Positions 58,250 to 64,000 of a stretch of DNA of 64,000 nucleotides are shown in pieces. Made by a program: the position numbers and the translations under genes. The stretch covers positions 4,154-68,153 of the forward strand of contig JBEKSG010000003.1 of NCBI GenBank assembly GCA_049997855.1, written 5' to 3'. Numbering within the stretch: position 1 is the stretch's first letter; each line of letters begins with the position of its first letter. A model generated the notes under the pieces. The model ran no database searches. It was given only the letters and a program-made list of their open reading frames with translations, and had not been told where the DNA came from. This DNA comes from Minisyncoccia bacterium. GTDB taxonomy: Bacteria; Patescibacteriota; Minisyncoccia; Phycocordibacterales; SBAW01.

Positions 58250-59280
58250 AGTCCAAAGAGGCCGCTGCTCGACGATTGCGTGCCAAAGATTATTTGGAGC
58301 GCGGCATTAGCTGCTTGTACCAGCTTGTCGGTATCGTTGTTTTGGAGTGACACGCCAAGCGTGGCGCTGCCGCTCCCCGAGCCGGATTGGAGCAAAGTGA
58401 GCTCTCCGTTTTCGGCGTTTGGCCCGGTGGTGTCGTTGCCGTTGAGCGTCCATGCATAAGTGAGCGCACCGTTTACCAAACTGCTGTTAGAAAAAAAGTA
58501 TGGTACGGCCTGCACGGTGAGCTCGTTGCCGTTGAGCGAAATCCCGGCGGGCAGTGCCGAGTCAAAAATGATTCCGCGCAGGGGGTCTTTGTCGTAGAGT
58601 ACGAGCTCCGGGTCGGTGGCAGGTATGACCACCGAGCCTGTGCCCACTTTGTTGGCGCCGTAATACACGTCTACCGACACGTCCTCCTCTTTTTGGAGTT
58701 GGCTGCCGGTAAAGGTGAGAGAGTTTTGACCAAGTCCCGACTGATCTGGCAGAGGGTCGCTGTCGAGCGTCCATTGAAACGAGAGAGCGCTTACAGAAAA
58801 GCTGCTGCCATTAACCGCGATGCTCGGGAACGCGACCACTTTAACATCCGAGCCACCGCTGTAGAGTGCTTTGCCTTTGTAGAGCGGCGGCACGGTAGTA
58901 TCCGCCTCCCATACGAGATTGATTGATGAAGGGATAAACGTCCAACTGTTGGTGAGCGTGCCCTGTGTTGCAGAATTAACCGTTACTTTTATCTGTGTCT
59001 CGGTGCCGATTGACCCCGTAGTAAAAGTAAAGTCGCGCTGGCCAACGCCTTGTGACACTACCGTGCCGTTTTGGCTCCAGGTGATGGTTGAATTGCCGAC
59101 AAAGGTGCCAACGCCTTGCACCTCGATGGTTACTTGCGTATTTGGTCCCGGTGTTTCGGGCGAGACGACATATTGTATAGGCGCAGGCACAACGCCCGAT
59201 GTTTGGGCGTGTGCCGCTCCCCCCGCACAAAGCAATGCGGCGCAGAGCAAAAAAAGACACTTAAGCGGCTTTTTGTACAT
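58246..59280 (-). CDS. secreted beta-rich protein (T4SS-cluster associated)
   Basis: Signal peptide MYKKPLKCLFLLCAALLCAGGAAHA. Confidence 0.35.
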   Translation of the reverse strand: MYKKPLKCLFLLCAALLCAGGAAHAQTSGVVPAPIQYVVSPETPGPNTQVTIEVQGVGTFVGNSTITWSQNGTVVSQGVGQRDFTFTTGSIGTETQIKVTVNSATQGTLTNSWTFIPSSINLVWEADTTVPPLYKGKALYSGGSDVKVVAFPSIAVNGSSFSVSALSFQWTLDSDPLPDQSGLGQNSLTFTGSQLQKEEDVSVDVYYGANKVGTGSVVIPATDPELVLYDKDPLRGIIFDSALPAGISLNGNELTVQAVPYFFSNSSLVNGALTYAWTLNGNDTTGPNAENGELTLLQSGSGSGSATLGVSLQNNDTDKLVQAANAALQIIFGTQSSSSGLFGL

Positions 59281-59815
59281 AGGGTTTAAAATTGTCGTTG
59301 GCGGCCCTCGTAATGCCGTCAAAGTTTTTCGTTTGGAGTGTTGGGCGTGTGTGCTCTTGCGGAGTTTCACTGTCGTTTGCGGGAGCCTGTGCGATGGTTA
59401 CCGGTTTTGTGCTCAGTGTTGTGTTTTTTATGCCTTGCACGGTTCCTGTTACATTACCGCTTGCAGCAGCGGTAGCAGTCTGCACCAGTCCAATGGCTTT
59501 CCCCGCGAGACCTCCTTCTTTGCTCATATCCTGTACAATCCCCGCGATAACAATGCCTAACCAAAATGGTAAAAAGTCGAGACCGGGGATAAGGCTGCCA
59601 ATAAATCCTGCCGGACCCCATGTGGGATGATACATGCCGTTTGTTACTAAAAGCAGCATGAGCCCGCTACCCATAGTGACATTGATACAAAAACTAAATA
59701 CCAAAGCGAGCGCAATACCGACGCCGGGGATTAACACAAGTCCTGCCGAGACACCGCACGTAAGGCCTGTGATGAAAAGAGCGTAGAGAAGAAGAAAAAT
59801 ATACAAAGGCTTCAT
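59261..59815 (-). CDS. polytopic membrane protein (T4SS-cluster associated)
   Basis: Five TM helices; start placed at MKPLYIFLLL. Confidence 0.3.
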   Translation of the reverse strand: MKPLYIFLLLYALFITGLTCGVSAGLVLIPGVGIALALVFSFCINVTMGSGLMLLLVTNGMYHPTWGPAGFIGSLIPGLDFLPFWLGIVIAGIVQDMSKEGGLAGKAIGLVQTATAAASGNVTGTVQGIKNTTLSTKPVTIAQAPANDSETPQEHTRPTLQTKNFDGITRAANDNFKPYVQKAA

Positions 59816-59819
59816 AGCG

Positions 59820-61679
59820 TTATTGTACCGCGTTTGGCGGAGTTCCCGATTGTGCATCGGCGAGGTCTGCGCGCTGTTTGCGCAAGGCCAGTACCTGGCT
59901 CGGGTCGGAGGTAATAATCTGATCTTCGGTGTAAGAGGCTATTACTTTGATGGCCACATGTTTGAGCCCGGCAAAAAATATTCCCTCCCCCACGTCGCTC
60001 TCGAGGAGCAAAAACTTTTCTTCGTCCGAGAGGTTAAAGGTTTTTTGCAGATTGTCGATGGTGGTCGGCGATTGCTTGAGCAAAATTTGTATCGATGAGT
60101 TGGTAATCATCGGCAAACCGTACGGCGACTTTAAAAAGTCATCGACGTCTTGGGTGATGGTTGCAAGGCCGAGATAATATTTACGGCCGCGCTTTGCCAT
60201 GCTGTAAAGAAAGCTCGCCGTGTCGTCGCTTTTCATCATCCACCACGCCTCGTCAATAACCAGAAGGCGCTTTTTAAGATTTTTGCGGACCGTGTTCCAT
60301 ATAAAGTGCGTGATGATGTACATGGCCACAGGCTTCAAGTCATCCTCCATGTCGCGCACCGAGAAGACGACGAACTTTTTGTTGATATCGACGTTGGTTG
60401 GTTGGTTGATAAATCCGCTCCACGTGCCCTTGGTATATTTTGAGAGGCGTTGTACCAAACTCTCACTCCCCTCCATTCCGGCCAACACAAGCTCAAAGTC
60501 GGAGAGGAGCGGCGGCTCTATCTCGGCAAAGTTGCTGTCGACCGTAATATCCTTGAGCGCGTACGTTTCGGTGATAGCGCGGTCGATGATGGCATCTTCC
60601 TCGGGCGTGAGACCACCAAGCATGATGCGAAAGAGGCCCACGAGCGCCACGATGTTGCTGCGCAAGATGTCGGCCGCGCTTTCGTCCTCGCGCGGTGGCG
60701 CCAAGTCAAACGGGTTAATGTGGTGTTCGGAGTTGAGAGAAATGTTAAAGTAGCGCCCGCCGACCGCTTGCGCCAAAAACTCGTACTCGCGCTCCGGATC
60801 GATAACGATAACCTCGGTATCAAACATAAGCGTGCGCAAAATCTCAAGCTTGGTCGCGTAGCTTTTGCCGGAGCCCGACTTGGCAAAAATGACCGAGTTG
60901 TAGTTTTCCAAGCTAAACCGGTCAAACAACACCAGGCTGGCATTGTGGCGGTTAACGCCGTAGAGGATGCCTTTGTCGCTCGTGAGGTCGAACGAAACAA
61001 ACGGGAAGATTGAAGAGAGGGGCGAGGAATTTAATTTTGAGTTGACGTTGAGTTCGTCGAGACCGATGGGCAACACGCTTTTAAAACCCTGCTCCTGCTG
61101 GAAGAGCGCCGGTTTGACATACACAAGCCTGCTCTCGAGCATCGACTTAATCTCGCTCTCGGCCTTGTCCAAATCCTCGGCGGTTTTGTCATAGATGGTG
61201 ATATATACGCCGACATCGAAAAGTTTTTCCTGCGCCTGTTGGAGCTGGTCGCGCAAGTTCTCGAGGTCTTGGTAGGCGGTGTCGAGCACCGGGTCGCGCA
61301 CCATGCCCTTTTCTTCTCGCACCATAATCTGGCTTTGCACCTCGGCCACCTTTTTTTGGAATTTTTTGAGCATGTCTGCCGAATCGAGCGGATGGATAAA
61401 AATGGAAATATCAAGCACGCGGTCGAGATTGATGACAGGCGCAAACCAGCTGTCGGTGAGGATGCGCGGGTATGACATGACAAAAAACGTGCGCGCGATT
61501 TTGTCGCCCAGGTTTATCTCGCGCGGCGTTATCTTAAGCGCGGAGGGCGCGATGACATCTTGAAGCTCGAGCACGCCCTCTTTGTATATTTGCTCGGGCA
61601 AAATGGGCGCCACCGGCACGGCGGCCGGAGTTTGTTTTGTCTTTAAAAAGTCGAGGAGTGCCATAGTGTTATTGGGCAA
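59820..61679 (-). CDS. VirB4/TraC-family type IV secretion ATPase
   Basis: Walker A (FAKSGSGKS), Walker B (LVIDEAW) and a Gram-positive-type VirB4 N-terminal domain. Confidence 0.85.
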   Translation of the reverse strand: MPNNTMALLDFLKTKQTPAAVPVAPILPEQIYKEGVLELQDVIAPSALKITPREINLGDKIARTFFVMSYPRILTDSWFAPVINLDRVLDISIFIHPLDSADMLKKFQKKVAEVQSQIMVREEKGMVRDPVLDTAYQDLENLRDQLQQAQEKLFDVGVYITIYDKTAEDLDKAESEIKSMLESRLVYVKPALFQQEQGFKSVLPIGLDELNVNSKLNSSPLSSIFPFVSFDLTSDKGILYGVNRHNASLVLFDRFSLENYNSVIFAKSGSGKSYATKLEILRTLMFDTEVIVIDPEREYEFLAQAVGGRYFNISLNSEHHINPFDLAPPREDESAADILRSNIVALVGLFRIMLGGLTPEEDAIIDRAITETYALKDITVDSNFAEIEPPLLSDFELVLAGMEGSESLVQRLSKYTKGTWSGFINQPTNVDINKKFVVFSVRDMEDDLKPVAMYIITHFIWNTVRKNLKKRLLVIDEAWWMMKSDDTASFLYSMAKRGRKYYLGLATITQDVDDFLKSPYGLPMITNSSIQILLKQSPTTIDNLQKTFNLSDEEKFLLLESDVGEGIFFAGLKHVAIKVIASYTEDQIITSDPSQVLALRKQRADLADAQSGTPPNAVQ

Positions 61680-62337
61680 TCTGTGTTACCTGCAAAGGCT
61701 TTTCGAGCTCGCCCGGATTAAAGAGCTTGTAAAACAACTCTATCACCTCCTCGGTGCCGAGGTTCACGATGCGCACGCCGGTGCGCACCAGCCCTTGCTC
61801 GACAACCGAGACGCGCTGCTCAAGCTGGGTGCGATATTGCTCAAACTGCTCGTTCGTAAGCGTGGCTGAGCCGCCCGAACCGGAAGGAAACAGTGAGCCA
61901 ATCGCGCCGCCGATGCCGCCTCCGCGCACCATAAGCGCCGGGTCGTACGGCACCACGATAAAAAAGTTTTTGGTCATGATATTTGCGCGCGAGGTAAAGT
62001 CTTTGATAAACGCCATATACTCGCGTATTTGTATCTTCATCAAATCGTCGAGCTCTTGCGCATAGCGGTCTTCGAGGAGTGCGATGTACGGGCGGATGTC
62101 GAGGTCGCGGCTTTCGATAAAAAATTGCACGGTAAACTCGAGCGAGTTTAAAAAGTTTTGAAACTGTCCGATAATCGCCTGCTGTTCGTCGGCGCCCTTG
62201 AGCGCGAGGTTGATGGATGATGCCATGAGTATCGAGCGCAGAGAGCCATCTTTAAGTATGACAATACCGTCGCGTACCTCCTTGATGGGTACAAATTCCT
62301 GTGTGGCCTGCGCTTTTATCGGGATGTTGGTTGGCAT
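61669..62337 (-). CDS. T4SS-associated protein resembling VirB4 N-terminal region
   Basis: Pattern IKEVRDGIVILKDGSLRSILMASSINLALKGADEQQAII; overlaps the virB4 start. Confidence 0.35.
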   Translation of the reverse strand: MPTNIPIKAQATQEFVPIKEVRDGIVILKDGSLRSILMASSINLALKGADEQQAIIGQFQNFLNSLEFTVQFFIESRDLDIRPYIALLEDRYAQELDDLMKIQIREYMAFIKDFTSRANIMTKNFFIVVPYDPALMVRGGGIGGAIGSLFPSGSGGSATLTNEQFEQYRTQLEQRVSVVEQGLVRTGVRIVNLGTEEVIELFYKLFNPGELEKPLQVTQIAQ

Positions 62338-62348
62338 ATCTTTGGCAC

Positions 62349-62795
62349 TTATATTTCAAAACCCGTGGGTGTGGTATCGACCACACCCATCGTGCTCCTG
62401 TCTTTTATATTGAGCGACCAAGCCAAATCTTTGAGCTTGCTGTTGGAAAGTTTAGGCACGCCGAGCGTGGTCATAGCCGCGGCGGGAGCCTGCGCGACCG
62501 CCGAGGGAGTTTTTGCGCTGTGCTGCCTCCACAAATAGAGCTTGTGGCCAAAAAAGTAGCCAAACGCATGTTCGAGTACCACGATAAACGGCCGCCCATT
62601 AACCTTGTAAAATGCAAGCGCGAAACCGAGCGCGATAAAAGGGAGCATACAAAGCACCGCGATGTAGAGCGGCAGCAGGGTAAAAAACAAAAGGCATATG
62701 CCGCCCGCGCCCGCGAGATAAATAAACTGCTTGAAAGTAAGCGGCCCAAATATCTTGTCTTCGATTTCGATAAATTGAGGGACCTGATAGCGCAT
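62349..62795 (-). CDS. PrgI-family (VirB3-like) T4SS membrane protein
   Basis: N-terminus QFIEIEDKIFGPLTFKQFIYLAGAGG followed by two TM helices. Confidence 0.5.
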   Translation of the reverse strand: MRYQVPQFIEIEDKIFGPLTFKQFIYLAGAGGICLLFFTLLPLYIAVLCMLPFIALGFALAFYKVNGRPFIVVLEHAFGYFFGHKLYLWRQHSAKTPSAVAQAPAAAMTTLGVPKLSNSKLKDLAWSLNIKDRSTMGVVDTTPTGFEI

Positions 62796-62836
62796 TAGCT
62801 ATAGTATATCGCAAAAATATCGCCACTCTCCCCTTT

Positions 62837-63505
62837 TTAGTCGATAGGTTCGCGATACGGATCGGCTTTGTATGCGGGAGCCGGATTTATTTTGGGCGCA
62901 ACCGGCGCAGGCATTGCTCCCGTATCAACTTTTTTAACTTCGCCCTCGGGTGATTTAGCGACCGGCGGCAAACTCACCGTCGGCTCGCTCAACATCACAT
63001 CGGCTTCGGGCATTTGAGGTGCAGGAGTAGCTGCTTTTGCCGGAGCCGAAGTTGCAGGCGCATCAATTTGCATATCAGTGGAGAGAGGAGCGGGCGCAGG
63101 GGTTGGTGCAATTGGAGCGCTTGGAGCACCGGCAGGAGCTGCCGCAGAAGCTGCCATAGCCGAAGACACGATGACAGACTTTCCGTTATCGGTTTTTTTC
63201 ATTGCATCGCGGATTTTATCGAGCAGTAATAGATTAATATCTGCGACAATGGCATTGCTTTTTGTCATATCAACCTCCAATGTGTCGCTAATATTTTGCG
63301 GTAACTCTTGCAGCTGGCTAATACCAATCATGGCGGCGGCCACTTCGCTCTCCAACTCGCCAATTTGGTCTATGTGCAACTGATGTTTGGTGCCGATTTG
63401 CTGTATAACAGCATCCATCTGCGGGCTGTAGAGCAATGCTTTAACCTCTGGCGGCAAAGCGTCTATAAGCTTTTGTATTTCGTCTGAATTTGTGGAGTCA
63501 GCCAT
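62837..63505 (-). CDS. hypothetical protein with Pro/Ala-rich C-terminus
   Basis: 222 aa. Confidence 0.3.
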   Translation of the reverse strand: MADSTNSDEIQKLIDALPPEVKALLYSPQMDAVIQQIGTKHQLHIDQIGELESEVAAAMIGISQLQELPQNISDTLEVDMTKSNAIVADINLLLLDKIRDAMKKTDNGKSVIVSSAMAASAAAPAGAPSAPIAPTPAPAPLSTDMQIDAPATSAPAKAATPAPQMPEADVMLSEPTVSLPPVAKSPEGEVKKVDTGAMPAPVAPKINPAPAYKADPYREPID

Positions 63506-63517
63506 ATGATCATTATA

Positions 63518-63988
63518 CTACTTCCCTTCAACTTTAAACTCACCCTCATTGTTGGTGCCGCCGACATCTTTAGGGATGTCTTTAACTTGTTCTTCGAGCT
63601 TGGTAATTTTCTCGAGAGCTTTTTTAAGTTGTTTGGCGGCTAGGCCCGCTCGTGTCCTTTCCGCTCTTTCTGCGGGATCATTCATGTTGAGCGTTTTATC
63701 ATCTCGAATTTTTTCCTGCTCTTCTAGGGAGTCTTCAATTTCTTTCTTCATCTTTTTCGCCGAACCTAAATTGACATTGAAAGTTGTGCCATGAACTGGC
63801 TTAACGGCGGAACCAAGCGTTTTTAGATCGACATGGAGCGTTTGGAGCTGTGTATGGAGCTCTCCTAGTTTTTTAAGTTGCTCCTTTGACTCGCCCAAGG
63901 GCGCTTTTGTGGACGTCTCGTTCCACTTACGTTCGAGTGTCTCCTTTTCCGTTCTGTTGTATTTAAGACTTTCCTTAATTGCCTTCAT
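63518..63988 (-). CDS. coiled-coil protein (may extend beyond window)
   Basis: Charged heptad-like sequence. Confidence 0.3.
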   Translation of the reverse strand: MKAIKESLKYNRTEKETLERKWNETSTKAPLGESKEQLKKLGELHTQLQTLHVDLKTLGSAVKPVHGTTFNVNLGSAKKMKKEIEDSLEEQEKIRDDKTLNMNDPAERAERTRAGLAAKQLKKALEKITKLEEQVKDIPKDVGGTNNEGEFKVEGK

Positions 63989-64000
63989 TTGTTTGTCGGA

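Noticed and set aside
1-64000. Alternative genetic code (TGA=Gly/Trp) as an explanation for the in-frame TGA in the DsbA-like gene
   Set aside because: Long ORFs (794, 731, 712 and 699 aa) are uninterrupted, and TGA is used as the terminator of several well-defined genes, so the standard code 11 applies.
1-64000. CRISPR array
   Set aside because: No regularly spaced direct repeats were found. Only a trivial tandem 12-mer (atatctctcgat x2 at about 23.53 kb) and inverted repeats were seen.

Overview
This 64 kb window looks like a compact, gene-dense bacterial chromosome segment that contains the replication origin. Gene content resembles a monoderm, small-genome lineage, possibly CPR/Saccharibacteria-like, but that is inference only. 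The origin region carries dnaA and dnaN on the minus strand, DnaA boxes on both sides of dnaA, and the divergent rpmH-rnpA-yidC-jag operon. Core genes found are thyA-dcd-folA-folB, rplK-nusG-secE, rplS, rpsT, polA, ruvA, ruvB-yebC-ruvC, tyrS, a class A PBP, tsaE, ruvX, mscL, an NRAMP MntH, a CaCA antiporter, a CDF transporter and DedA. Ten tRNAs were identified by hand: His, Leu, Val, Arg(TCT), Ser, Arg(GCG), Arg(CCG), Lys, plus the two Arg genes that flank the element below. Standard code 11 is in use: long ORFs up to 794 aa are intact and TGA, TAA and TAG all terminate genes. The accessory and unusual content is as follows. (1) An AT-rich AIPR-family abortive-infection gene sits directly after dnaN. 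(2) A roughly 9 kb low-GC integrative element lies between two tRNA-Arg genes; it carries a large serine recombinase and a cargo of secreted and membrane proteins, including a Cys-rich secreted protein and a trypsin-like protease. (3) A Gram-positive-type T4SS-like module (VirB4, PrgI-like and pilin-like proteins, plus lineage-specific secreted and beta-propeller proteins) abuts the origin. (4) A large surface protein gene is split by a frameshift inside a G9 homopolymer immediately after its start codon, which makes it a candidate phase-variable contingency locus. (5) A DsbA-like oxidoreductase is interrupted by an in-frame TGA exactly at the second Cys of its CPYC motif. (6) An LMW-PTP gene is interrupted by an in-frame TAG. 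(7) There are HicAB and MazEF-like toxin-antitoxin pairs, an orphan Flp pilin and a PilB/GspE ATPase. (8) Several structured non-coding elements are present. No CRISPR array and no rRNA were seen.
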